A DNA stretch of 53,097 bases from an uncultured bacterium. Its GTDB lineage: Bacteria > Hydrothermota > Tepidihabitantia > Tepidihabitantales > CAIPLT01. A program made the position numbers and the translations under genes. The notes under the pieces were generated by a model. That model worked only from the letters and a program-made list of their open reading frames with translations, ran no database searches and was not told the DNA's origin. Position 1 is the stretch's first letter, and every line of letters begins with the position of its first letter. The stretch is taken from NCBI GenBank assembly GCA_964473505.1, contig CAYYPG010000002.1:1-53097 (forward strand), read 5' to 3'. Below are positions 10,141 through 19,785 of the stretch, piece by piece.

Positions 10141-10410
10141 ACAAATTACACAAAAATCTTGACACTTTCACTTAATTTCCATTCTTACGCCAAATTCTTT
10201 TGGAATAGAGCGCACTTGTTCTTTATCTTTTAAATACTACTTTTCACCATCTTTTAAGCAAAAATAAACATAAAAACATTAGTTATAACTAATGTTTTAG
10301 ACAAGGCAGATTTTTAGATAAGTTGTTGTTTTTTATAGAGATCTTGCATTTTGACCTAAAAAGAGGGTACAGTCCCCTCCACAGTCCTCTGGATTGCTTG
10401 AAAAATAGTC
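10141..10410 (+). repeat. C-family element, copy 1 (~260 nt)
   Basis: About 75-80% identical by eye to the reverse complement of 51941-52195. Contains a perfect 26-bp palindrome AAAACATTAGTTATAACTAATGTTTT (10273-10298) and the stem AGAGGG..CCCTCT. Confidence 0.65.
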
Positions 10411-10729
10411 AGAAAAGTCGTTTTGAGAAGTAAGGTCAGAAAAATATTGGCGTTACGGGAAGTGTTGGTTTGGGTAAAGATATAATTGTCAATTTATGGG
10501 CAATTGGCAAAATCAGGATGCGTGGAGTCGGAAAAATCATTCAGGAATTAATTGTCTATGCGGATGTTGCAATCATTCTTCTTATTATTATACGATGCGT
10601 TGCCAATATATTGTATCTCAATTCGCCGGCTACTTTATCTAACATTATCAGAACAACATATCGGATTTTATCATTAATCCCTGGCATCTGCTTTTTAAGA
10701 TACTTAAAAGGCGTCTAATAGTCGGGTCC

Positions 10730-10760
10730 AAAATGTTTTTGTGGATTTGTTATATTAATC
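10730..10760 (-). repeat. D-motif copy (reverse orientation)
   Basis: AAAATGTTTTTGTGGATTTGTTATATTAATC resembles the reverse complement of the D motif (CAATGTTTGTGGAAATTTGTTATAGTTAGG). Confidence 0.4.
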
Positions 10761-10921
10761 GGAACTGGTTTATCCTTAACTTTATTTATATTGATAAAGG
10801 GTATATTTTGCATATTTCCCCCAATTTCTTAAAATTAACTTTTGCTAATAAAAAAACCGGTTTCCCACAACCATTATAATTGAAACTAAATAGTATGTGT
10901 TGGACCGATTGCAACCTTTTC

Positions 10922-10950
10922 TTGACAGAACATATCATCGGATTTATACT
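10922..10950 (+). promoter_or_regulatory. consensus sigma-70 promoter for tRNA-Leu (and possibly tig)
   Basis: TTGACA (10922-10927), exactly 17 nt of spacer, then TATACT (10945-10950). Lies about 75 nt upstream of the tRNA. Confidence 0.6.
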
Positions 10951-11029
10951 TAAGGGATCGCAAATATGTACGGGTTAAATGCGCTACGCACTCGTGCCGA
11001 GTCGTTATTTAACTGACGAGATTTATTTT

Positions 11030-11114
11030 GCGAGGATGGCGGAACCTGGCAGACGCACTGGATTTAGGATCCAGTGCCCTTACGGGCGTGGGGGTTCAAC
11101 TCCCCCTCCTCGCA
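11030..11114 (+). tRNA. tRNA-Leu (anticodon UAG)
   Basis: Manual cloverleaf: acceptor GCGAGGA/TCCTCGC, anticodon stem CTGGA/TCCAG with loop TTTAGGA, long variable arm GCCC-TTAC-GGGC (class II), T arm GGGGG-TTCAACT-CCCCC, discriminator A. No CCA is encoded. Confidence 0.9.
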
Positions 11115-11143
11115 TTGTAACTAAAAATTAAAAGACAAAAAAT

Positions 11144-12355
11144 ATGGAAATTAAAATTAAATCGCCAAAATCCTGGCAAAGAGAAATTGAAGTCACCGTA
11201 GAACCTGAACGGGTTAAAAAGAAGATTGAAGATGTTACCGCTTCTTATGCCGGTAAAGTGCAAATTGCTGGCTTTAGAAAAGGTAAAGTGCCCAGACCCA
11301 TCCTTCAAAAAAGATATGGTTCCACTTTTGAAGCCATAGCCATTGATGAGTTGTTTGATGAGATATATAAAGAAATTATACAAGACCATAACTTAAAACC
11401 CATCACGCAAGCTAAAATTAGTGATTATCTACTTTCCGATGATAAAACTCTAAAGTTTGACCTCTCGTTTGAAGTTATCCCGGATTTTGAACTGAAGAAC
11501 TATTTCGGATTAAAATTAAAAAAATTAGAACCAGTTGGTTTTGATGCGGAATTTGAACGTCGGCTCAAAGATCTTCAAGCACGATGTGCCACATTCATTT
11601 CCGCAAATCGACCTGCAGAGACCGGCGATTTTATCTTAGTTGACTATGAAATCTATGAAAACGATACACCGGTTGGTAAAAAACAATTAGGCAATATGCT
11701 CCATTTGGGAAGTGAAAACAATCATCCTAATATTAACCAAGCCCTAATCGGAGTAAATGCCGGTGAAGAAAAAAGTGTCACAATAACCTTTTCTCAAGAC
11801 TATCCGGAGACAGTTTTGCGGGGAAAGACCTTGAATTATAAATTCTATATTCGCGACGTAAAAATTCGACAACTACCCGAACTTGACGATAAACTGGCAG
11901 TAAGTTTAGGATTTAAAGATTTAGATGATATGCGGCGGCAAATTAATGAAGAAATCTTACAAGAACGCGCTCTACTTATCGAAGATGACTTGAAAAATCA
12001 AATTTACCGTCATTTGGTTGCTGATTATGATTTTGAACCACCTCAATCCTTAGTCAATTATGCCTATCAAGATATTCTTAATCGATATCGAATGCCGGAT
12101 AGTGAAGAGAACCGAAGCCAACTACTGCCTTTAGCAATCGACAAAGCCAAGTTTGATCTTATCTTAATCCGGATTGCGGAAAAAGAGAACATCACAGTTA
12201 CACCGGAAGAGATTGAAAACGAAATCAAAAAGTATGCAATACTGGGAATTGAAGAAGACAAACTCCAGAATCTACGGACAAATCCCAAATTTATTTCCCA
12301 AATTCAACAAGATAAAGTTTTACAATATCTTTTAGAAAAAGCCGAAATCTCATAA
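11144..12355 (+). CDS. tig: trigger factor
   Basis: 403-aa ORF. The N-terminus has AGFRKGKVPRPIL (ribosome-binding GFRxGxxP motif). It sits in the classic tig-clpP-clpX gene order. Confidence 0.9.
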   Translation: MEIKIKSPKSWQREIEVTVEPERVKKKIEDVTASYAGKVQIAGFRKGKVPRPILQKRYGSTFEAIAIDELFDEIYKEIIQDHNLKPITQAKISDYLLSDDKTLKFDLSFEVIPDFELKNYFGLKLKKLEPVGFDAEFERRLKDLQARCATFISANRPAETGDFILVDYEIYENDTPVGKKQLGNMLHLGSENNHPNINQALIGVNAGEEKSVTITFSQDYPETVLRGKTLNYKFYIRDVKIRQLPELDDKLAVSLGFKDLDDMRRQINEEILQERALLIEDDLKNQIYRHLVADYDFEPPQSLVNYAYQDILNRYRMPDSEENRSQLLPLAIDKAKFDLILIRIAEKENITVTPEEIENEIKKYAILGIEEDKLQNLRTNPKFISQIQQDKVLQYLLEKAEIS

Positions 12356-12426
12356 AAATGACGCATTGTCAATTTCTCCCGGTCTTTTAACCATGAGACA
12401 TTAAACGTTTTATTAATGGAGGTATT

Positions 12427-13011
12427 ATGTATATTCCGATTGTAATTGAACAAACCAGTCGGGGCGAACGGGCTTACGATATCTATTCCCGTCTCTTAAA
12501 AGAACGAATTATCTTTGTCGGAATGCCCATTGATGACAATGTTGCCAATCTCGTAATTGCCCAATTACTGTTTTTAGAAGCCGAAGACCCAGATAAAGAT
12601 ATCTTTCTTTATATCAATTCGCCTGGAGGAATCGTTTCGTCCGGGTTAGCCATCTATGACACAATTCAATATATTCGTCCCAAAGTTTCGACAATTTGTA
12701 TGGGCATGGCGGCAAGTCTTGCCGCATTACTTTTAGCCGCTGGTGAAAAAAACAAACGATTCGCTTTACCCCATTCGCGAATTATGATTCATCAGCCTGA
12801 GGTATCCGGACTGTCCGGACAAGCCACAGATATTGAAATTCACGCCAAGGAAATTCTGCGCTTAAAACAGCAATTAGCCGAACTTTTAGCCAAACACACC
12901 AACCAGCCAATTGAAAAGATTCTTGCCGATTCTGACCGTAATTATTTTATGTCCGCCGAAGAAGCCAAAGAATATGGTATCATTGATGAAGTAATTGAAA
13001 AAAGAAAATGA
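12427..13011 (+). CDS. clpP: ATP-dependent Clp protease proteolytic subunit
   Basis: 194-aa ORF with [26 protein letters not shown], the catalytic context [11 protein letters not shown], and HQP. Confidence 0.95.
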   Translation: MYIPIVIEQTSRGERAYDIYSRLLKERIIFVGMPIDDNVANLVIAQLLFLEAEDPDKDIFLYINSPGGIVSSGLAIYDTIQYIRPKVSTICMGMAASLAALLLAAGEKNKRFALPHSRIMIHQPEVSGLSGQATDIEIHAKEILRLKQQLAELLAKHTNQPIEKILADSDRNYFMSAEEAKEYGIIDEVIEKRK

Positions 13012-13113
13012 GCAAAAATGTTCCTAATCACTTCTCAAACCAAATTTCAATAGAACTTATTAAAACGATGAGCGGAATATTTATAATTGACCATAACGCC
13101 ATGCAGTACTTTT
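12986..13113 (+). repeat. L arm, copy 1 (last 8 clpP codons plus stop, then 102 nt)
   Basis: 128/128 nt identical to the reverse complement of 41993-42119, checked base by base. Confidence 0.9.
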
Positions 13114-13235
13114 TTTGGCAAGGTACAATTGCCAATGTTCCACCTCAAGGTGGCCGAAAGCATCCTGAACAAGAATATATCCAAATCAATACTAAAAATA
13201 TTCTCTTTATCTGCGACCGTCATAGCAGTGAGTAA
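13008..13235 (+). CDS. chimeric 75-codon ORF (L-arm N-terminus plus a 32-codon ClpX segment); expression unproven
   Basis: The ATG overlaps the clpP stop (ATGA). Residues 39-70 are identical to Clp[33 protein letters not shown] see no independent sign that it is functional. Confidence 0.25.
   Translation: MSKNVPNHFSNQISIELIKTMSGIFIIDHNAMQYFFWQGTIANVPPQGGRKHPEQEYIQINTKNILFICDRHSSE
13120..13215 (+). repeat. ectopic copy of an internal clpX segment
   Basis: 94/96 nt identical to 14322-14417. Both mismatches are synonymous T/C third positions. Confidence 0.95.
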
Positions 13236-13274
13236 GAAAATGAGCAGAAATGCTTTTTTGTCAACTAGTCTGGT

Positions 13275-13385
13275 AGAGAACTCTGACAAAGTCAATATTG
13301 GTTCAAAAGACATGAAATGCAGAAGTATAATTATTGGTTTTTTCTTGTAGGGTTCGGTGTCTTGTGAGCATTTTTCAGAGATTTC
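13275..13385 (+). repeat. A-family element, copy A1 (points toward clpX)
   Basis: 108/111 identical to the reverse complement of 41690-41799. Contains the inverted repeat TGACAAAGTCA (13284-13294) and TTCAAA (13302-13307)-18 nt-TATAAT (13326-13331). Confidence 0.85.
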
Positions 13386-13711
13386 TGGTAAAACAACCAT
13401 TTTACTACTTAGAAATCTTGACACAGCATCGGATTATTGACGAAGTACCGAAAAAGCGAAGAAATTGGGAAAACATATGAAATGAAATTATGAATTGGAA
13501 AAAGACACCTGTAACGAACACTCGTAACCTTGATACATTAATACGGCTTCGTTAGTAGAAGCCGAAAACCTTGTGGGCTGTAATGAACACTCATAAACTT
13601 GTAGATATACATAAATACCGTTGCCCGATTAGTGTTAATTCGTGGCGACGAAAATTTTATCGTTGAATTTATGAAGATTAACGATAGTCCTTGTGAGGTA
13701 TAACCTAATTT

Positions 13712-14932
13712 ATGAAAACTCGTCGTTGTTCATTTTGTAATCGACCGGAAAATCGGGTTCGAATGCTCTTCGGCGGGCATAATGCTAATATCTGTGATGA
13801 CTGTGTCCGTTTAACTTGGAATCTTATGCAGGATAAGGAGAAACATCGTTTTTTTGCTACACTTCCAACATTACCCACCCCACCTGAAATTAAATCCTTT
13901 TTAGATGAATATGTTATTGGACAAGAACAGGCAAAAAAAGTCTTATCTGTTGCGGTTTACAATCATTATAAACGGGTCTTCTCGCGAAAACCCAATATTG
14001 ATATTGACAAAAGCAATATTCTCCTCATTGGTCCTACAGGTGTTGGAAAAACCCTTTTGGCCGAAACCTTAGCCAAGTTTCTCAATGTGCCATTTTCCAT
14101 TTCTGATGCTACGCCCCTTACTGAAGCCGGCTATGTTGGCGAGGATGTGGAAAATATCCTGTTACGACTCATTCAAGCCGCTAATTGGGATTTAGACTTA
14201 GCCTCAATTGGTATTGTCTATTTAGACGAGATTGATAAGATTGGTCGTAAAAGCGACTCACCATCTATCACGCGCGATGTCTCGGGTGAAGGTGTCCAAC
14301 AAGCCCTGTTAAAAATCCTTGAAGGTACAATTGCCAATGTTCCACCTCAAGGTGGCCGAAAGCACCCTGAACAAGAATATATCCAAATCAACACTAAAAA
14401 TATTCTCTTTATCTGCGGTGGTACCTTTTTTGGCTTAGAAAAGATAATTGAAAATCGACTAAAAAAGTCTGGCATCGGTTTTCAAGCAGATATTGTTTCT
14501 AATAATCGAGATAAAGACGAACTTTTGAAATTTGTCGAACCTGATGATCTGATAAAATTCGGACTGATTCCGGAATTAGTGGGCAGATTACCTGTTGTGG
14601 TTTCACTACATAGTCTTTCTCGTGAATCCTTGCTTGATATTTTGACCAAACCACGCAATGCTTTAATTAAACAATATCAGTACTATTTTGATTTAGAAAA
14701 TGTGAAATTAACTTTTGAGCCTACGGCCTTGGAAAAAATTGCGGATTTAGCTTTAGCCTGCAATACCGGTGCCCGCGGTCTTCGAGCAATCTTAGAAAAT
14801 GTGCTCTTAGATATAATGTTTGATTTGCCCTCTAAAAAGAATCTCAGTGAATGTATTATCACGGCGGAAACCATAATGGGTGGACCACCTAAGTTTATTG
14901 TAAAGAAACTGAAACGTAAACGTGAAGCATAA
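13712..14932 (+). CDS. clpX: ATP-dependent Clp protease ATP-binding subunit ClpX
   Basis: 406-aa ORF with an N-terminal zinc-binding CSFC...CDDC, Walker A GPTGVGKT, pore loop GYVGED, Walker B YLDEIDK, the GGRKH loop and the IGF loop. Confidence 0.95.
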   Translation: MKTRRCSFCNRPENRVRMLFGGHNANICDDCVRLTWNLMQDKEKHRFFATLPTLPTPPEIKSFLDEYVIGQEQAKKVLSVAVYNHYKRVFSRKPNIDIDKSNILLIGPTGVGKTLLAETLAKFLNVPFSISDATPLTEAGYVGEDVENILLRLIQAANWDLDLASIGIVYLDEIDKIGRKSDSPSITRDVSGEGVQQALLKILEGTIANVPPQGGRKHPEQEYIQINTKNILFICGGTFFGLEKIIENRLKKSGIGFQADIVSNNRDKDELLKFVEPDDLIKFGLIPELVGRLPVVVSLHSLSRESLLDILTKPRNALIKQYQYYFDLENVKLTFEPTALEKIADLALACNTGARGLRAILENVLLDIMFDLPSKKNLSECIITAETIMGGPPKFIVKKLKRKREA

Positions 14933-16223
14933 ATTATTTTTAACTGCTCTTATTCTTGGACAAACGTTGTGCTCAGTGCTTTGGGCACAACAAGAAATTT
15001 GGGCAAAGATTACGGCCGGTGCGACCCGTAAAAAGATTAGTATTGTAATTGCCGATTTTCTGCTTGCTCCTAATGCTTCGGAAATATTTGTTACTTTAGG
15101 AAAAAATATTAAACAAGTGATCGCTGACGATTTAAATTACTCCCTCTATTTTGATGTAATTCCTCAACCCACAGACTCAACGCTTTCTACTCAAGAGAAA
15201 AAGATTGATTTTAACCAATGGTCGAAAATTGGCGCCCAAGTGCTTTTAGCCGGTGAAATTCAAATTAAGAAGCGTAACATATTAAATATCAGACTTTATG
15301 ATTTGTTTGCCCGAAAATTAATTGGTACCAAATCCTATGAGATTCAGGAAAATTATCGGTGGTTAGCACATAAGATTGCCGATGATATTATTAAATTATT
15401 AACCGGCGAAGACGGCATTAACCAGACTCAAATTGCCTTTTCGCTAAAAAGCGGAAAAAACAAAGAATTGGCAAAAGTTGACTATGACGGTTTTAATCTC
15501 GAGCAACTCACAAAAGATGGTGGTTATAAACTCTTTCCTGACTGGGCACCATCAGCAAATAAAATCGCCTTTTGTAGTTATGCCAAAAATAATCTCAATA
15601 TTTACACTTATGACCTTAATAAGAACAAAATTGACCTGATTTTAGCTAAAGATGGTCTCAATACCACACCGGCCTATTCACCTGATGGCAAAACGATTGC
15701 CCTCAGTCTCAGCATTGAGGGAACACCGGATATCTACCTAATGAACGCCGATGGTAAAAATCTCCGACGTCTGACTTATGGCCATTCAATTGATATTTCA
15801 CCGACTTGGTCACCATCGGGAAGAGAACTGGCATTTGTTTCTGACCGTACGGGCACACCGCAAATTTATATTATTAATGTTGATGGTACAAATATGCGAC
15901 GCTTAACTTTTGAAGGTTCTTATAACACTTCGCCTGTTTGGTCGCCACGAGGTGATTTAATTGCCTATGTCTCGCGCACTGAAGATGGCACAAATCAGAT
16001 CTTTATCACAGATTTAACAGGAGATAACCGCATGCGGTTAACCAATTTAAGAAATAATGAAGAACCATCCTGGTCACCAGATGGACTACATATTGCTTTT
16101 AGTTCTAATCGAACTGGCAGTTATGAAATATGGACTATGCATTGGAATGGCACCGGACAGCGTCAAATTACCAATATTGGCGGTGCCTTTTCACCAACTT
16201 GGTCACCAAGATTAAGCCGATGA
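14922..16223 (+). CDS. tolB: Tol-Pal system beta-propeller protein TolB
   Basis: 433-aa ORF with a GTG start overlapping the clpX stop and a signal peptide. Has repeated P.WSPDG/SP.G...F.S.R.G...I motifs. Confidence 0.8.
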   Translation: MKHKLFLTALILGQTLCSVLWAQQEIWAKITAGATRKKISIVIADFLLAPNASEIFVTLGKNIKQVIADDLNYSLYFDVIPQPTDSTLSTQEKKIDFNQWSKIGAQVLLAGEIQIKKRNILNIRLYDLFARKLIGTKSYEIQENYRWLAHKIADDIIKLLTGEDGINQTQIAFSLKSGKNKELAKVDYDGFNLEQLTKDGGYKLFPDWAPSANKIAFCSYAKNNLNIYTYDLNKNKIDLILAKDGLNTTPAYSPDGKTIALSLSIEGTPDIYLMNADGKNLRRLTYGHSIDISPTWSPSGRELAFVSDRTGTPQIYIINVDGTNMRRLTFEGSYNTSPVWSPRGDLIAYVSRTEDGTNQIFITDLTGDNRMRLTNLRNNEEPSWSPDGLHIAFSSNRTGSYEIWTMHWNGTGQRQITNIGGAFSPTWSPRLSR

Positions 16224-16407
16224 AAAGTACTTGTTTTTATCTTAATTTTTCTCAGAGCATGATGATTTTAGTCTTGCTTCAGGTAAAGAATCTTCAATGC
16301 GTTTACTCTCTCGTTTATTTTTTCTCTAAACTTCTACAAAAACTCATCATCATACTTCCCGAAATTAATAAGATGCCTTATCTTCGAAATTGGAGTTTTA
16401 GTAGATT

Positions 16408-16947
16408 ATGAAGATCTTGATAACGGGCAAACCCCGTTCAGGTAAAACGACTTTAGTAAAAAAGATATTATCATCATTATCTAGTATTTCTTATGGTGGA
16501 TTTTTCACCGAAGAGATAAAAGAGAACGGACAACGGGTTGGTTTTAAGCTTGTGACCACTTTTGGTGAACAAGGAATTTTAGCCCACCAGAATTATAAAA
16601 GTCCGCATCGGATCTCAAAATATGGTGTAAATCTAACAGATTTAGAAAATGTGGGGATTAATAGCCTCTACCGCGCATTATATGAAAAAGATTTAATTGT
16701 AATTGACGAAATCGGGAAGATGGAATTATTAAGTAATAAATTTAAGAAGACGATTCAAGAAATTTTTAACCAAGCCCATAAGCAAGCAATCATTGCCACA
16801 ATTCCCGTATCCGATATTCCATTCCTCAATGGATTGAAATCTCGAACTGATGTTATTATCTTTGATACCAACAAACAAAAAATTGAAGCGATTGCCAAAA
16901 GTTGCTTGGAGTCTTTAAAAAAATGGCACGCTTGCGGAGCCAGGTAA
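16408..16947 (+). CDS. THEP1-like nucleoside-triphosphatase (P-loop NTPase)
   Basis: 179-aa ORF with MKILITGKPRSGKTTLVKKI, GFFTEEI..G.RVGF and DEIGKMEL, as in the NTPase_1/THEP1 family. Confidence 0.65.
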   Translation: MKILITGKPRSGKTTLVKKILSSLSSISYGGFFTEEIKENGQRVGFKLVTTFGEQGILAHQNYKSPHRISKYGVNLTDLENVGINSLYRALYEKDLIVIDEIGKMELLSNKFKKTIQEIFNQAHKQAIIATIPVSDIPFLNGLKSRTDVIIFDTNKQKIEAIAKSCLESLKKWHACGAR

Positions 16948-18278
16948 ACCCCGGGCGATTACTCGTTTTCGGTTATCTTACGATTATCGTCATCGGTACG
17001 CTCTTATTATATTTACCGATATCATCAAAAGATATTAGCCTCATTGATGCCTTTTATACTGCAACTTCTGCCGTCTGTGTCACTGGTTTGATTGTCAAGG
17101 ATACGGCAACTGATTTTACCCTTTGGGGCAAGTTTATTATTCTGTTATTAATTCAAATCGGTGGTTTAGGTTATATGACCCTTTCAACAACTTTTTTCTT
17201 CTTTCTTAAACAGAAACTAAGTCTCCGAGACCGACTGGTCGCAAAAGAATCATTTAATGTTTTCACTTTTAATAATCTTAAGCGCTTTGGTTTTACGGTC
17301 TTAAGAGTTACCATATTTTTTGAAGCCTTGGGCGCGCTGGCGCTTTTTATTTACTTTGTCCGCTACACACCGATGAAAATCACTTATGCTTTAGGTCATG
17401 CGATCTTTCATTCGGTTTCAGCTTTTTGTAATGCCGGCTTTTCAACTTTTTCGGAAAATTTTACCAATTATTCCACTAATTACTTCATTCTCTTAACAAT
17501 TTCTTTTCTTTTTATTTGTGGCGGTATTGGCTTTGTGGTCATCTCCGATTTATATAAAACCTATGTTAAGAAGACTTCTTGGCAACTGTCTTTGCATACG
17601 AAAACTGTTCTCACGACCACTGCGATTCTAATTATTATCAGCACTGTAATAATTTTACTCTTAGAATGGCGTGCTTCACTCAAAGCTTATCCAACCGCAT
17701 TAAAAGTCCTCAATGCCTATTTTCATGCGGTGACCGCACGCACTGCCGGATTCAATACGATTAGTCTTAAACTTTTTCATCCAGCGACTTTATTTATTCT
17801 TATCATCTTAATGTTTATTGGTGCTTCACCTGGTGGCACGGGTGGAGGCGTTAAAACAACAACCTTCAGCATTATTTTATTTCAAATCAAATCGCTTTTA
17901 ACCGGACAATCTGAAATTTTTCTTTTTCGTCGTCGTATTACCCAAGAACAAATCTTTAAGGCATTTTTAATTGTCGGTTTGGCAATATCTTGGCTCTTGA
18001 CATCTCTGATTTTACTCTTAATCTTTAATAAGCCCAATATGGACATAATGACTTGTCTTTTTGAGTTGTTTTCTGCATTTGGCACAGTTGGTTTATCACG
18101 CGGCTCTGAGCTAATGGCCAATCTTTCTGCTTCGTATGATTTTACAGTTTTAGGAAAACTGGTCATTATCAGCACAATGCTTGTGGGCCGGGTTGGTATT
18201 CTTACCTTAGCTACCGCGCTCATTAGAAAAAAGATTATAGCTTATTCTTACCCTGAGGGGGTGATTTTAGTTGGCTAA
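16923..18278 (+). CDS. ktrB: K+ uptake membrane subunit (KtrB/TrkH family)
   Basis: Polytopic membrane ORF with repeated selectivity-filter-like segments (CVTGL, QIGGLG, CNAGFS, TARTAGF, SPGGTGGG, TVGLS). The ATG at 16923 avoids most of the overlap with the upstream gene. Confidence 0.8.
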   Translation: MARLRSQVNPGRLLVFGYLTIIVIGTLLLYLPISSKDISLIDAFYTATSAVCVTGLIVKDTATDFTLWGKFIILLLIQIGGLGYMTLSTTFFFFLKQKLSLRDRLVAKESFNVFTFNNLKRFGFTVLRVTIFFEALGALALFIYFVRYTPMKITYALGHAIFHSVSAFCNAGFSTFSENFTNYSTNYFILLTISFLFICGGIGFVVISDLYKTYVKKTSWQLSLHTKTVLTTTAILIIISTVIILLLEWRASLKAYPTALKVLNAYFHAVTARTAGFNTISLKLFHPATLFILIILMFIGASPGGTGGGVKTTTFSIILFQIKSLLTGQSEIFLFRRRITQEQIFKAFLIVGLAISWLLTSLILLLIFNKPNMDIMTCLFELFSAFGTVGLSRGSELMANLSASYDFTVLGKLVIISTMLVGRVGILTLATALIRKKIIAYSYPEGVILVG

Positions 18279-18960
18279 GAGTTTTGTTGTTATTGGCTTA
18301 GGAAGATTTGGCTCCAGTATTGCCCGCGCTTTAGTGGAAAAAGGGTTTGAAGTAATGGTAATTGATTCGGATGAAAATGAAGTTCGTGAATTTGCCGAAC
18401 TCGTAACCCATAGTTTTGTTTTAGACGCGACCGACGAACGTGCACTCCGAGATATTGGTGTCGCGGATGTTGATGTTGCAATTGTCAGTGTTGGTCAAAG
18501 TATTGATACCAGTATCCTTATTACTTTGATCTTAAAAGAATTGGGAGTCAAACAGGTTATTGTCAAAGCAGTTAATGACCGTCACGGTAAAATCTTACAA
18601 CGCATTGGTGCGGATAAGGTCATATACCCAGAACGTGAAGTCGCCACTCGATTAGCCGAAAGTTTCTTTTCTACAAAAATTTTTGATTACATCGAACTAT
18701 CACCGATTCATAGCATCATTGAAATTGCTGCTCCCAAACCTTTCATTGGACGAACCTTAAAACAAATTGCCCTGCGAGAAAAACATAATGTCTCCGTCAT
18801 CGCAATCAAACGAAAAATTCCGATTGTCACGGAGAAAGGTACACCGGATTTCAAAGAAGAAGTCATTATTGGACCAGGTGCGGACGACGAAATATCTGAA
18901 GGTGATATTCTGACGATTCTTGGCAAATATGAGGACTTAGAAAAAATTGAACGTATGTAA
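18271..18960 (+). CDS. ktrA: K+ uptake peripheral NAD-binding subunit (KtrA/TrkA)
   Basis: 229-aa ORF with a Rossmann VIGLGRFG motif, an RCK_N plus RCK_C layout, and a TTG start overlapping the ktrB stop. Confidence 0.8.
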   Translation: MAKSFVVIGLGRFGSSIARALVEKGFEVMVIDSDENEVREFAELVTHSFVLDATDERALRDIGVADVDVAIVSVGQSIDTSILITLILKELGVKQVIVKAVNDRHGKILQRIGADKVIYPEREVATRLAESFFSTKIFDYIELSPIHSIIEIAAPKPFIGRTLKQIALREKHNVSVIAIKRKIPIVTEKGTPDFKEEVIIGPGADDEISEGDILTILGKYEDLEKIERM

Positions 18961-19077
18961 TATTCAACCCGAAACAAAAAGTAGCATGAAACTATCATAC
19001 AATGTCTTGCAAAATTATTGTCTGAGCTGGTGTCAAATTAATAACGGCTTAAAAATATAATGGTAAAATAGTCCCCT

Positions 19078-19341
19078 ATGTCTAAGAAAAAACCAGTTAC
19101 CGCGCAAGATTATATTGAACTTGGTCAATTTTATATATTAAATCAAAAATATACTGAAGCGATCAAACAATTTAAGTCGGCGTTGAAGCTTCAACCTGAT
19201 GCTAAAGTATATTTTCAATTAGGACTTGCGTATGAAGCATCCAATCAAATTCCCGAAGCCCAAGAGATGTATCGGAAAGCCCTACAACTTGACCCCCAAC
19301 TCAAAGAAGCTGCGGAACATTTAGACCGAATCTCAAGTTAA
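19078..19341 (+). CDS. small TPR-repeat protein
   Basis: 87-aa ORF with two TPR-like units (Y..LG..Y......A...F..AL.L.P). Confidence 0.5.
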   Translation: MSKKKPVTAQDYIELGQFYILNQKYTEAIKQFKSALKLQPDAKVYFQLGLAYEASNQIPEAQEMYRKALQLDPQLKEAAEHLDRISS

Positions 19342-19785
19342 TAGAACCAAGAATGCTCAACCATTACCTAAACGATAACAATTATCCTTCTATCTGTAAT
19401 TAGTTCGCAGTGTGTTTTGATATTAATCGGGTTTAATTTTTGTGTATTGCTCGCGGTGCAAAGTAAAAATGGTCGAAGGCAAACGGATTTTTCACAAGCA
19501 ACGAAAATGGGTCTGTCCGAAATGTAAACGAGTCCGAATGCAAAAATCAAGACCAATAAAATGATTAATGATAATGAGTATCAGATAAAAATTAATGGAG
19601 AAAGCCTAAAAACAAATGAGCAGTACCTTGTCCTACATTGAGCATAAAAGCATTAGACTTTAAAAACGATTAGCAATATTTTCCGATTAAATCGGAATCA
19701 AGAAATTAGAAGTCAAAAATATATGAAATTATTTAATTTAATAATTTTATTGGGTATTTGGGTATTCTGCCCATTGGAGGCAAAG

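Noticed and set aside
9675-10718. Track ORFs 9675-9998 and 10470-10718 as genes in the 1.6-kb gap.
   Set aside because: Both have non-ATG starts, no SD and no family resemblance. They overlap or abut repeat modules, and their composition looks intergenic.
13120-13215. The clpX fragment as a diversity-generating-retroelement template/variable repeat pair.
   Set aside because: There are only two mismatches, both T/C on the coding strand and synonymous, which is not adenine-specific mutagenesis. There is no reverse transcriptase in the window, and ClpX is not a plausible DGR target.
13047-13424. Track ORFs 13047-13424 (-) and 13087-13350 (+) in the clpP-clpX spacer.
   Set aside because: They run across the L arm, the clpX fragment (antisense or out of frame) and the A repeat. 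Their open frames come from the repeat and fragment sequence, and they have no family resemblance or SD.
19460-19556. A 31-codon basic ORF (MVEGKRIFHKQRKWVCPKCKRVRMQKSRPIK) in the TPR-Memo gap as a zinc-ribbon micro-protein.
   Set aside because: It has a single CxxC pair, no SD and no recognisable ribosomal-protein family match by eye. The evidence is too weak to call.
19723-19785. A signal peptide on the Memo-AMMECR1 protein.
   Set aside because: The hydrophobic extension comes from the upstream ATG chosen by the ORF track. The internal ATG at 19786 has a GGAGG SD and matches the usual Memo N-terminus (M.RPAVVAGQFYP).
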